IMG/VR virus record: IMGVR_UViG_3300026488_000013
Coordinates: 32,001 to 96,000 of that record
Strand: one strand, 5' to 3'
Source: a virus
Length of the DNA stretch: 64,000 nt
Under the pieces are notes generated by a model. It had not been told where the DNA came from, did not search any database, and saw nothing but the letters and a program-made list of their open reading frames with translations. The first letter of the stretch is position 1. Every line of letters starts with the position of its first letter. The translations under genes and the position numbers were made by a program. Positions 1 through 9,873 of the stretch are shown piece by piece.

Positions 1-1
1 T

Positions 2-112
2 TTTAAACAAATGAACTAATAACATTACATTTATATATTCCTCTATTTTATCTTCCGATAATCCCTTTATAGTTATCAAATTTATTTCTCTAATACAATC
101 TGTATAGCCCAT
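2..112 (-). CDS. Partial hypothetical protein (MGYTDCIREINL..., runs off window start)
   Basis: ATG at 112 lies just downstream of the TACGGATAA motif (122-130); frame is open to the window edge. Confidence 0.55.
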   Translation of the reverse strand, partial: MGYTDCIREINLITIKGLSEDKIEEYINVMLLVHLFK

Positions 113-263
113 GCACTTTTATTATCCGTATAAATTAATCTAACAACAAAAAAATAATGTTAATATGATATATATAATATATTAAACTGTGTTTATCTTT
201 AAAAATTAAAACTCGACATTTATGGATATAATAAAGTAACAAAAAGACTTTGGAGGTGGAAAA

Positions 264-404
264 ATGTTGATGTGCGAGAAAAATCACAGGTTTAAGACAA
301 TTGTGTTCTACGTTAAGCCAGATAAGAAGAAATTAAAAAAATACAAAGAAAAAGGATGGAAAACGTTCTATAGAAACAAGAAAGGACTAATAGTGCCTAT
401 TTGA
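264..404 (+). CDS. Small basic hypothetical protein (46 aa, MLMCEKNHRFKT...)
   Basis: GGAGG RBS at 252-256, TATGGATAT motif at 221-229; too short for the ORF track. Confidence 0.65.
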   Translation: MLMCEKNHRFKTIVFYVKPDKKKLKKYKEKGWKTFYRNKKGLIVPI

Positions 405-567
405 TTTTTATCCTTTTATTTTTCTTATTTATTTATGAAAATTAAATAATTATACAAACAAAAAGAGACACCCTCATTTTAACAAATATTCAAATTCTTC
501 AACCGCATTACAGCAGGCCGGTCTTAATCGCAATATTCCAAAAAAACGAAAAATGGAAAAGTATTTT

Positions 568-822
568 TTAAATTGAAATACATTTCGAATATTTTTGCGG
601 ATATTTTTTATCTATCATTGTTTTAATCTCTTTTATTTCTTTAATTAATTTTTCAATGACTTCAATGATTTTTTGTGGCTCCATAGGAACATTATATTTG
701 AATTCCTCATCGAAATATATGAGGTCAATATTTTCTTCTTTATACTTAATACCTAATCCTGTTGAAAACCTTTTATCTATTTTAATACTTTTCTCGATGC
801 ACTTTTTTAACAATCCATTCAA
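568..822 (-). CDS. Hypothetical protein
   Basis: ORF overlapping the upstream gene, typical K/E/I-rich composition. Confidence 0.55.
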   Translation of the reverse strand: MNGLLKKCIEKSIKIDKRFSTGLGIKYKEENIDLIYFDEEFKYNVPMEPQKIIEVIEKLIKEIKEIKTMIDKKYPQKYSKCISI

Positions 823-979
823 TTATCGGATGAATAAAGTCTCTGAATTTCCTTCTACATAATTCGCAATCTATTTTCCCAGTGATTTCTATAGTGTCAA
901 TTTCTTTTTTGTTTTTAATACATCTCAAAATAGCTCTATAATCCGAATAATTTTCCCTAACTATTTCGATTTCTAGCAT
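782..979 (-). CDS. Small hypothetical protein with CxxC
   Basis: TACGGATAA motif at 989-997 directly upstream. Confidence 0.65.
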   Translation of the reverse strand: MLEIEIVRENYSDYRAILRCIKNKKEIDTIEITGKIDCELCRRKFRDFIHPIIEWIVKKVHREKY

Positions 980-1051
980 ACTGTTCTATTATCCGTATTT
1001 GAATTTGAAAATTTAAAACACACTATGAAGAATAAGAGTAAAACTAAAGTC

Positions 1052-1075
1052 AAACCCGCCATTAAAATGGTGGGT
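1052..1075 (-). terminator. Putative intrinsic terminator after the membrane protein gene
   Basis: CCCGCCATT-AA-AATGGTGGG hairpin, followed on the minus strand by U-rich sequence. Confidence 0.5.
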
Positions 1076-1142
1076 AGTTGAACCATATTAATTTAATAAT
1101 TATTGATGAAAAAAACAGAATATTAAGACAAACCAACACAAA

Positions 1143-2723
1143 TTAATTTGACCATTTGCTGCCCGGTTTCAAATTATTTATATCGATGATTTGTTCGATT
1201 GTAATATCTTCTGCGGAATAATCATAGTATGTTCCATTATTTAGCACAATTAACCAATGAGTATTTCCGTTCTTTACATATTTAATAATAGTTTTAATCG
1301 TTGATTCATGAATTTTAGAATCTTCTGTTTTGCCATTTTTACCTAAAAGAAATTTTTTATACAAATATTTATTATCGAAAATCAAAACATTCCCGTCTTT
1401 TGAATTAACTAATGTTATTTTAGCTATTCCCGCCCCGTTTTTGGGAATAACTATATATCTCCAATATAATTTATCGCCTTTAACGATAGGTAGAGGTTCC
1501 ACTATTTCAAATCTATTCCAATCAAAAGTTGGTAATGCTTTCTCTACATATAGTTTACCTTTCTCGGGGCCTATATGTGGAACTTTAAATTTATACTTGT
1601 ATAGTTTTCCTTCCATTGACGCAACAAATATTGTGGAAATACCATATGCTTTTCCAAATGGCTCAACAGCGAATAACCAGTATAATTTTTTATTCGACAT
1701 AATTAAATAGGGTTGCTTGTTCAAACAATTTGAATCACAATCTGGAAGTTCTATCATATCTTCATGATAGAACAATATATTCATAATATTAGAAAATACC
1801 CCATCCTTCCAATAGTTCTGTGACTCTATTATTTCCCTAGCTAGTTCCATCGGATATATTGGAGCGTCCTTAAATTCGGTTAAAAGTTCTTCAGGTTTAT
1901 AATGTTTAATATTTCCTTTCTCGTCTATCACTACCGCACCGGCCCAATACGGAACAGTGTAAAACCATTTAAATCTATATTTAATCTGAGGAACTATAAT
2001 ATATATGTGCTTATTTTTAATAACAACTCTAGGTTGACCATAATCTGCGAAATAATCGAATTTATAAAGCTTCCAATATAGATTATCTGTTATCAATTGA
2101 CCAGGACTATATTCCAATTTACGCATATCACTAATTATTTCCCTATCAACCGTATCTACGGGCACCAGAAATACTCCTTTCGACTTCAATATAAAAGAAT
2201 TTATTAACCCATCCGGTTCTATAAAACTATACCAATAGATTCTATCATTGAAAGCAGTTATATTAACATTATCTATGGTATACCTGGGAAAGTCTATAGA
2301 CGTAATCAAATATGCATATGCTACTTTCCTTGGCAATATTCTAATAGGGTCTTTTTTCGTTATTGTTAATTCGTTTATATTATTTAAATGTTTAGGAGCA
2401 TTAATTTTATATAATTCATGCTTAGTTAAAACATTCGCTACTACTAATAATATAATCCCCACAGGTATCAAAATGAAAGTGGTGAAAAAAGCATCAAAAC
2501 CATCAATTTTGCCAATAATGCTTAAAATAGTTATTAGTGTTAGAATGATGGCACCATACAACAGTATTGGATTTTTATAAAGTAGTATTACAATGGGGTG
2601 GAAAATTGGTGATAATACAAATAGTGCCGCAAAAACTACCATAATAAATACCAAGAGAAACAGTTTTTGCTTCATCCTAAAACCTCCCTGAAGCATAATA
2701 AAGTTTATATTACCCATAAACAA
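1143..2723 (-). CDS. Membrane protein (N-terminal TM helices plus large soluble domain); probable start 2675
   Basis: Three hydrophobic N-terminal segments; GGAGG at 2683-2687 before ATG 2675; TATGGGTAA motif at 2710-2718. Confidence 0.8.
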   Translation of the reverse strand: MFMGNINFIMLQGGFRMKQKLFLLVFIMVVFAALFVLSPIFHPIVILLYKNPILLYGAIILTLITILSIIGKIDGFDAFFTTFILIPVGIILLVVANVLTKHELYKINAPKHLNNINELTITKKDPIRILPRKVAYAYLITSIDFPRYTIDNVNITAFNDRIYWYSFIEPDGLINSFILKSKGVFLVPVDTVDREIISDMRKLEYSPGQLITDNLYWKLYKFDYFADYGQPRVVIKNKHIYIIVPQIKYRFKWFYTVPYWAGAVVIDEKGNIKHYKPEELLTEFKDAPIYPMELAREIIESQNYWKDGVFSNIMNILFYHEDMIELPDCDSNCLNKQPYLIMSNKKLYWLFAVEPFGKAYGISTIFVASMEGKLYKYKFKVPHIGPEKGKLYVEKALPTFDWNRFEIVEPLPIVKGDKLYWRYIVIPKNGAGIAKITLVNSKDGNVLIFDNKYLYKKFLLGKNGKTEDSKIHESTIKTIIKYVKNGNTHWLIVLNNGTYYDYSAEDITIEQIIDINNLKPGSKWSN

Positions 2724-2788
2724 AAGTTTAACAACAAAAATAATTACATAAAAAAGAAAAAAAATATAAAAATAACTAAGCGAAAATT

Positions 2789-3211
2789 TTATTTTATTAT
2801 TATTCCATATCCGTTTATTGTCTCATATCCATTATATCCTTTAATAAAATATTCAACAATACCACAAATTTGAATTACTAATAATTTAGGTATAATTATT
2901 CTTTTGTTTTCATCGTCTATTTTAATTATTACATCATCAATTGTAATATCATTATTTAATTCTATTATTTTTCTCCCACATTTTTTACATCTTATAATTG
3001 ATTTTATCATATTTGGAACCTCATCTAATTCATCAGCTATCAACGAACCTGCTGAGCAGTTGTATTCACCAACAGTTTCGTCATCGTCAATGTCTTCATT
3101 TTCTAAATCTATTGTTTTCTTTCCTTTATATTTCATACAATATACTTCTTCATAATATGTTTCAATTTCATTTATTTCTTTACATTTCGGACAATAAAAC
3201 ATTTTCTCCAT
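2789..3211 (-). CDS. Zinc-ribbon protein
   Basis: CPKC ... CKKC; promoter motif at 3221-3229. Confidence 0.75.
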   Translation of the reverse strand: MEKMFYCPKCKEINEIETYYEEVYCMKYKGKKTIDLENEDIDDDETVGEYNCSAGSLIADELDEVPNMIKSIIRCKKCGRKIIELNNDITIDDVIIKIDDENKRIIIPKLLVIQICGIVEYFIKGYNGYETINGYGIIIK

Positions 3212-3325
3212 GTTATATAATTATCCGTATTTAGTTAAAAAAAATGCAGCTTATGAAGTTATTTTAATTCGCTTATTTTAATTAACTCTGGCTACAAGTT
3301 TTTTATCTCAATAAGAAAATTAAAA

Positions 3326-5341
3326 TTATTTAAAAAATTCTATCCACAGGGAAATTGTTATAACAATTGGTTTATTACTTTTGAAATACTCTAGTATTTC
3401 ATCTTTACTTATCTTGACAAATTTACCGTTAATATATAAATGCGGCGCCGCCTTTGCATCAAAAATAACATTAAAATTTGGGATTATGGGTTTTAAATTA
3501 TTCAACCTTCCGGATATTGCAAACTTAATATTCGGTTTAGAAATTATTTCTTTTAGTAATTCTTTAATCTTTCTAATACACTTTGTATATATGTTGTTAA
3601 CAATTAAATCTTTCCTAATTGTTTGTCTTACAATAGTTGCAGTATCATTTTCAATATTAACCCGAACTATATAAGACATTGCTAAATTTCCGCCTTTATC
3701 ATATCCATTTAATACATACAAATTTCTCCCCTTTTTAAAGAACGCACCGGTTAGATTATTAACTTCATGGAATTTAATCATATCCTCAGACGCTTCGTAT
3801 TCACCAATCTCAAAATACAATTCATCACATGAGATTATTTTGAATAATTCGGATAACAATTTCTGATTTTTAGTTTCTTTTAAAATATACCGTATAATCA
3901 AATTTTTCCATAATTCCTTTTTATGTTCATTTTTCCATTCAGCATCAAATATTTTAAATGTTCGCATTTTATTTTTTCTTTCGAATTTTAGTTTAACATC
4001 AGCTCTCTTTAACAATGTTTCTAAAACTTCAATTGTATTGGCGCCGTATTTATCCGCCCACAGTGTTGAGTGCCAAAATATACTATCATATTCTACTGCC
4101 AATTTTAATTCGGGAATGTATAAATCCCAGCTATAAGTTTTATTCCCAATAACAAATTTCTTTTCCGAGACGAATGTTAAATTAAATTGTTTTCCTATTA
4201 TTTCCTTAATAGTATCGGTTATTTCTGCAATTACTAAATTTTGTTCAACTGATTTTCCTTTAGAGATTTTTTTCATGCAAATTGGACAACCGAATAATTC
4301 CTCCGGCATGGCATTAAAAACTTTCCATTTATAAAAATTTTCCAAACTTAATGGTCTATATTTCGTATAAGTTATTCCATGGCGATTACATTTCATTTTA
4401 ACCGATTTACCATAATATCGTTTAATGTAATCTAAAATATTTTTTATATTTATAAATTTGTATCCATTTTTTAATGCATATTCATATAACAGCTTATCAA
4501 ATTTAATTAACTCATCCGCAGGAACATTATATTTATCTAACAGTTCAGAAACAATTTTCCTATGTTTTACAGAATTAACCAATTTGGGGTTGAGAACTTT
4601 GTTAGAGATTAACAATTTCTTTCTTAGTTCGATTATTTTATCGTAAGAATTTCTATTCTCTCTCATTTTGACAGATTTAATTTTTCTTATATGTTCAGAG
4701 TTATTTGGGTTATTTTCTCTAAAATATTTAGTGGTTTGTTCGATATATTTTTTATAATAATCTGGGAAAAATATTTTAACGGGATAATTTTTAATTTTCT
4801 TATAACAGCCGCCGCAGGAATAATCGAGTATATACCTGTTAAATCTAGAAATATTTCTTCCGCATATTTTACATCTATATTTTTCCTTATTTTCTATCCT
4901 ATCAATAAAAGTATCCGTAAGCATCAAATATATCAAATGTCTAACGGTGAATTTCTTGCCAGAAATAAAATTTTTTCTTATTTTTGTCAGCACTTCTCTA
5001 TTAATATTAAATTGTTTTAATATCTTTTCCAATTCGTCAATATCTAAAGCACTTAATGAATTTTTATTCGCCTCGTAATTTGAAATTTCTGGATTGATTT
5101 CTCTTTCAATAAATGAATAGTATTTTTTAAATAAAAATTTTGGCGTAATAATAAAAGCACCGCAGGTTTCACATAGAATTTTTTCTTTATTTATGAATGT
5201 ATTTCTATCAATTTTTAATTCAGCACCACAATCCCAACAACTAATTTTATAAGACATAGGGAATTTCAATTCTTTAGGATGAAGTATCTCTAACTCATCC
5301 ATTTTATTTAACTCTTTCGTCAGCTTTCTCTCTTCCACCAT
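3326..5341 (-). CDS. Free-standing Hef-like homing endonuclease (Vsr/DUF559-type PD-(D/E)xK) with multiple Zn ribbons
   Basis: CWDC/CETC, CKIC/CGGC and CNRHG...GCPIC Zn modules; nuclease core WDLYIPELKLAVEYDSIFWHS...IFDAEW; C-terminal FHEVNNLTG domain typical of Hef-like proteins. Confidence 0.8.
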   Translation of the reverse strand: MVEERKLTKELNKMDELEILHPKELKFPMSYKISCWDCGAELKIDRNTFINKEKILCETCGAFIITPKFLFKKYYSFIEREINPEISNYEANKNSLSALDIDELEKILKQFNINREVLTKIRKNFISGKKFTVRHLIYLMLTDTFIDRIENKEKYRCKICGRNISRFNRYILDYSCGGCYKKIKNYPVKIFFPDYYKKYIEQTTKYFRENNPNNSEHIRKIKSVKMRENRNSYDKIIELRKKLLISNKVLNPKLVNSVKHRKIVSELLDKYNVPADELIKFDKLLYEYALKNGYKFINIKNILDYIKRYYGKSVKMKCNRHGITYTKYRPLSLENFYKWKVFNAMPEELFGCPICMKKISKGKSVEQNLVIAEITDTIKEIIGKQFNLTFVSEKKFVIGNKTYSWDLYIPELKLAVEYDSIFWHSTLWADKYGANTIEVLETLLKRADVKLKFERKNKMRTFKIFDAEWKNEHKKELWKNLIIRYILKETKNQKLLSELFKIISCDELYFEIGEYEASEDMIKFHEVNNLTGAFFKKGRNLYVLNGYDKGGNLAMSYIVRVNIENDTATIVRQTIRKDLIVNNIYTKCIRKIKELLKEIISKPNIKFAISGRLNNLKPIIPNFNVIFDAKAAPHLYINGKFVKISKDEILEYFKSNKPIVITISLWIEFFK

Positions 5342-5350
5342 ATTTAAAAA

Positions 5351-5359
5351 TTATCCATA
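5351..5359 (-). promoter_or_regulatory. Phage promoter-like motif TATGGATAA for the endonuclease
   Basis: Same motif and spacing as found before many other genes in the window. Confidence 0.65.
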
Positions 5360-5365
5360 AAGGTA

Positions 5366-5485
5366 GCATTCAATGCAGACTTTGATGTAAATGTCAAATA
5401 AAAACTTGACAAAAAATAAATAGATAAGCGGAAATACAGATAGAACAAGGACTTTAGGAATGGTTTAATGCGGATTTAGATGTAA
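5366..5485 (+). repeat. Two imperfect direct repeats resembling RNAP catalytic-motif codons (AFNADFD, WFNADLD)
   Basis: 5369 TTCAATGCAGACTTTGATGTAA vs 5464 TTTAATGCGGATTTAGATGTAA (18/22 identical); both inverted relative to the gene's own TTTAACGCTGATTATGATG at ~5545-5563. Confidence 0.8.
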
Positions 5486-7411
5486 TATGATGGAACTCAT
5501 ATCCGCAAATTCAATAATGACACGGGCTTGCGAAACGCTATCACCATCATAATCAGCGTTAAAACTTTCAACTATCAATGGGTGTATTTTTAAAGTATAA
5601 TCTTCTTTATTAGTATTTATTTTTGCATCGTAAACTATCATCGATGGCTCCCATAGAGTTGGTTGCCTATTTATAAAGGAATATAGTTTTATTCTTCCTT
5701 TATTAACATTATACGCAAACAAATCGAACAGAAATTCTATATCTTCCAATATTTGTTCATCCGTTATATCCAGCTCTTTGGGGCTTTTTGCACCATATTC
5801 TAATTCCTGATATATCAGTTTTATTAAATATGTAAAATATTTACCATTATCTTTTAATTTGATTTTATTTAATTTCTTAATCATCGATTTCGGTGCGACA
5901 GGTTTCTGAACTATTACATCACATGGAGTAAACTTTTTATATTTAAATAGTGTATATAATCTTCTAAGAAATATCAAAAATTCCATTTTGAATATTTGTC
6001 TGGCTGTATAATATGAAACCAATATTTCATATGGTTTAACCTCTAATGTTGGAGTAATTACATTTCTGGCGGAAAAATCTATAGTTTTTCCTATTAGAAA
6101 CTGTCTCACCAAACCTTCCTTTTTACCTAATTCGGAATCTAATAATTTTGAGACATATTTTATATACCATTGTTGAAGTAAATTAACTTGTCGTTCCTGC
6201 GTAAATATTTCTGGTATGGTTAGATTTTCTAAGTTTTTATCCAGATATTCTTTATTTTCTTGACAATATTCAAATAATGTATAGACGCCGCCGTGGTGTG
6301 CGTATCTGTAATAATACTCTGAATATTGATTATAAGTTATAAACGGTTTATAAATAAACCTATCAAATTGGCTAGAAATTTGTTCGGTATTTGTTTCATG
6401 ATTTTTTTTACCATCTGAAGTGGGAATGTTTATAGATACAGATAACTTATGAGGATTATCTGTTAATTTCTCAAATTTCTCATTCATTATCACTATTTGT
6501 GTTAATATTCTATCATAATCACTTCTATATAATTCGTCCCCCACTATCATAAATTTTCTAAGCTCCGCAGTTATCACCGGAATAATTATAGTTATCGAAT
6601 TTATCAAGTGTGTAGGGTATTTAAATTTTAGAATATATTCGTTAAAAATTTCTTCGTTAGACAATATCGCATATATCAATGTATATAAACCGAACGCAGG
6701 TTTTGATAAAACATAGGTGTCCTTATAATATTCCCAAGTATATTTTTCATTATCTTTAATTAGGTCATATTGTAATGCAAATTCGTAAAATTTATTGAAA
6801 AAATCCTTATAACTGGTTTCTGCTATTAATTCTTCATACTTTTCCTTTATTTTATTATTTCCGCTTATTAGATAAAACTTTATTCCTTCGGGCGGCTCAA
6901 ATCTTTTCTTTTTTCTATTAAACAGCAAAAATTGATAATCTAAAATTATTTTATTCATTAATGACATAAATGTTTGTTTTCCGCCTTTTAATATTCGGTA
7001 TATCTCGCTGAGTATCAACGGATTAAATACAGGATAATTTAAATTTATAAATCCGTGATTTCTGGAGATATTTTGTTTATAATCCATTACTACGCCGCAA
7101 ACTTTGCATTTCTTTCCATATCCCCTTGTTAAACCACACAAACAAGTTTTGGAAGTAGTTCCGAATATAGACCACGAATGCAATCCTTTAGGGTTAGGTA
7201 TATTTTTACCAAATCTCTTTTCAATATTTTCTACTATTTTATCTTTGAGTGTAGGGTCTTTTATTTTCTCAAAAAACTCCAATTCATTAACATCTTCTAT
7301 TAATATCTTCGAAGATTTTATTATCTTGCTCGATTCATATTTCTTATATGGGTTAGAAAACAATGAATATAGGAGCTCTAACTTTTCCAACTTAGTTTCA
7401 AATTCCATCAT
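5465..7411 (-). CDS. Phage multisubunit RNA polymerase beta' subunit, N-terminal/catalytic part
   Basis: Zn finger CLC...CKVC; GKKEGLVRQFLIGKTIDFSARNVI; NRQPTL; HPLIVESFNADYDGD catalytic motif. Confidence 0.93.
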   Translation of the reverse strand: MMEFETKLEKLELLYSLFSNPYKKYESSKIIKSSKILIEDVNELEFFEKIKDPTLKDKIVENIEKRFGKNIPNPKGLHSWSIFGTTSKTCLCGLTRGYGKKCKVCGVVMDYKQNISRNHGFINLNYPVFNPLILSEIYRILKGGKQTFMSLMNKIILDYQFLLFNRKKKRFEPPEGIKFYLISGNNKIKEKYEELIAETSYKDFFNKFYEFALQYDLIKDNEKYTWEYYKDTYVLSKPAFGLYTLIYAILSNEEIFNEYILKFKYPTHLINSITIIIPVITAELRKFMIVGDELYRSDYDRILTQIVIMNEKFEKLTDNPHKLSVSINIPTSDGKKNHETNTEQISSQFDRFIYKPFITYNQYSEYYYRYAHHGGVYTLFEYCQENKEYLDKNLENLTIPEIFTQERQVNLLQQWYIKYVSKLLDSELGKKEGLVRQFLIGKTIDFSARNVITPTLEVKPYEILVSYYTARQIFKMEFLIFLRRLYTLFKYKKFTPCDVIVQKPVAPKSMIKKLNKIKLKDNGKYFTYLIKLIYQELEYGAKSPKELDITDEQILEDIEFLFDLFAYNVNKGRIKLYSFINRQPTLWEPSMIVYDAKINTNKEDYTLKIHPLIVESFNADYDGDSVSQARVIIEFADMSSIILHLNPH

Positions 7412-7514
7412 CTAATTCTATTATCCGTAATTGAAATATAAAGTAATAATGATAATTGTTGGCAAGTAATTCAAATAAAAAATAAAATTTGAAAACAAAA
7501 AGTATTTCGTTTAA

Positions 7515-8096
7515 TTAATGTTTGGGTCGTATTATAAATTTAATTTTGAATTGTTCTGTATTAATGTTGCGTCGAGTTATTTTGGCTCTAGGGTCAAGTA
7601 TAATTGTTTTATCGTCAAATTTATCAATATTGAACACTAATTTATACAATTTGTTAATTTCAATGTCTCCTATAATATATCCATTCTTTGTTTCAGGGGT
7701 GGAAATCAACAACAGCATTGTTTCGTGAATAACTAATTGTTCAACATTAGTTGGGTGTTTTTGTAAAACAGGTTTTATAAAATCTCCTGTTTGTTTCCTA
7801 TATATAGTAACACAATCCTTTTCAATAAGTTCTTTCAACGAGTATTCAACTATTTTTTCATCACCGTTTTGTTTAGATTCGGTTTTGGTTTCCCTATTAA
7901 ATCCAACCTCCTCTTGTCCTTCTTTTGTTACTTGTTCTTTTTCTGTCATGTTTTCAACCTCCCTCTTTTGATAATCGTTATAATTTTTGTCTTGTTGAAC
8001 TATATCTTCTAATTGTAAATCTTGAAATTCTTGCGATTTTTCCCTACTTTCAACTATAACTTCTGTATTTTTTCTCTTGCGACCTCTTTTTGCCAT
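7515..8096 (-). CDS. Hypothetical protein with charged N-terminus
   Basis: ORF with AGGAG RBS. Confidence 0.75.
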   Translation of the reverse strand: MAKRGRKRKNTEVIVESREKSQEFQDLQLEDIVQQDKNYNDYQKREVENMTEKEQVTKEGQEEVGFNRETKTESKQNGDEKIVEYSLKELIEKDCVTIYRKQTGDFIKPVLQKHPTNVEQLVIHETMLLLISTPETKNGYIIGDIEINKLYKLVFNIDKFDDKTIILDPRAKITRRNINTEQFKIKFIIRPKH

Positions 8097-8157
8097 TTAA
8101 AACTCCTTTTAATTATTACTGCTTTTTGAAACTTTTTATATATTTGTTTCATCATCT

Positions 8158-8841
8158 TCACACAAAATAACTTTTTATAAAATTGAGTTTGTTTATATCT
8201 GTCACAATTATTTCGGAATTAGGAATTTTCCTTAACAACTCATGTTTTGGGAAAATATTCGGCTTACTTATAAAATTAAGTATTTCATAATCATAATATG
8301 TCTGACGTGGGATTAAATTATTTCGAATTTTATTGCTCAAATATACATTAAACCTTTTTACTGTATCATTATTAAATTTTAAAACTCTATTTTTTAAATA
8401 AACTAAGTTAGTTATAGTATAAACATGTTTGCAAACCCAAGGGATTTGATGCGGATTTTTCTTTTTGGGTGGAATATTTAAAAAAGGGGATAAAAATAAT
8501 TCGTGATACAATATTGAATTTAATTTATTATGTAATACATATGCAAATGTATATCTGAAATCCGGACATGAACAATATACTTTCAATTTTTGGTTAGGTT
8601 TAGTTAGCATATCACTGTTTTTATCCATTAAAGATATTGAGGTGTAATAATGTGAGCCGAAATTCTCTTCAGAATAAACGATGAAATTCAATGCATTATA
8701 TTGTTTGTTATATGAAAACAAATACACTGCATGTTTCAATCTCAGAAATGACTCATAAGGATGCCTATTCGTATTTTTTCTATTAACAAAATATGATGGT
8801 ATTGTTAATATACTTGATAATTTAATACCGCCGCCGGTCAT
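8158..8841 (-). CDS. SWIM-type zinc finger protein
   Basis: CSCPDF ... VCKH. Confidence 0.75.
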   Translation of the reverse strand: MTGGGIKLSSILTIPSYFVNRKNTNRHPYESFLRLKHAVYLFSYNKQYNALNFIVYSEENFGSHYYTSISLMDKNSDMLTKPNQKLKVYCSCPDFRYTFAYVLHNKLNSILYHELFLSPFLNIPPKKKNPHQIPWVCKHVYTITNLVYLKNRVLKFNNDTVKRFNVYLSNKIRNNLIPRQTYYDYEILNFISKPNIFPKHELLRKIPNSEIIVTDINKLNFIKSYFV

Positions 8842-9728
8842 TTAGTTAAATCGGAAGGTAATAATATCTCATTTCTGAAATATTTATAAAACCTTTCCAA
8901 TTTTAAAAAAACTTCTTTTACGTCAGAAGGCCGTGATACAATATATGGATACCCATTTATCATTAGATACTTGTTAATATACTTAGTAAAATCTCGAAAT
9001 ACTTCATAAACCGAAACTTTACCATTTATATCAATATCAAAGTAATTTTTTATTACTCTTGATAACTTGCCGCCTTTTTCATAAACATGTGTATGAATTA
9101 AATAAAAATGAATCTTTCTATCCGCTATTGTTGGAGCATTTGTTAATCTATAACCTCCGATAGCAAAGTTCTCATATATTTCGTATAGAAAAACTTCATA
9201 CAATTCGGGTGGAATATTCGAGTCATTATTTTCAAAATATGAACTTATAACATCTGCCGATTTTTTATTTGTTAAAAAGTTTAATAATAAACCAGGGTTT
9301 AAAATTTTTGTTACCATTTGTTCCATTCCATTTATAACCGATATTTTGAATTTATATGTTTGTTCGTCATAAACATCTTTCTTATTTTCTATTTTCTCCT
9401 TTTCAATCTCAATATATTCTTGGAAAGATTTTTTAAGATTTAATACCGTATCATCAATATCACTGACCAACTGTTTATCAATTTTTTCGCCATTTAAAAT
9501 TCTTCTTTCTAATTGTTTTATTAAATCCGAAATAACATCAAACATTTTAAACAATTTATCCCTGGAATTGGGCGGCGGGAATAACACTGGCTGAATATTT
9601 GTTATTTTCTGCGATGTGTTCACATATATCTTGTTCTTGTAAACATGCGGGGAAACTGAAATAAGCATTTGTAATTGATTATCTTTTAAAATAAAAAATT
9701 TGTTAAAAATTTCTGTCTGCTGTAACAT
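8838..9728 (-). CDS. Hypothetical protein
   Basis: GGAGG RBS; 4-bp overlap with the next gene. Confidence 0.8.
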   Translation of the reverse strand: MLQQTEIFNKFFILKDNQLQMLISVSPHVYKNKIYVNTSQKITNIQPVLFPPPNSRDKLFKMFDVISDLIKQLERRILNGEKIDKQLVSDIDDTVLNLKKSFQEYIEIEKEKIENKKDVYDEQTYKFKISVINGMEQMVTKILNPGLLLNFLTNKKSADVISSYFENNDSNIPPELYEVFLYEIYENFAIGGYRLTNAPTIADRKIHFYLIHTHVYEKGGKLSRVIKNYFDIDINGKVSVYEVFRDFTKYINKYLMINGYPYIVSRPSDVKEVFLKLERFYKYFRNEILLPSDLTK

Positions 9729-9873
9729 CGAAATCCTCCTTCAAAACGGATTTTTATTTTTGTAAAATTAAAGAAAAATTGAAAAAAATAACAAAACTTT
9801 ATTTTTATTTTAATTTATAGCGAGGGTTGTAGCTGACTATTATACAATTTATTTCCATATTAAAAATAACAGG

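Noticed and set aside
474-545. Short minus-strand frame ...LRLRPACCNAVEEFEYLLK
   Set aside because: No convincing start codon or RBS.
974-1086. Small hydrophobic minus-strand ORF MVQLPTILMAG...
   Set aside because: Spans a terminator hairpin, a U-rich tract and a promoter motif; its hydrophobicity is explained by U-richness.
5465-5539. SVSQARVIIEF... after NADYDGD as the short N-fragment of an atypical split intein
   Set aside because: Poor match to intein block A, no C-fragment (HN-C/S/T) partner seen in the window, and the tail fits the natural end of a split beta'-N subunit. Not fully excluded.
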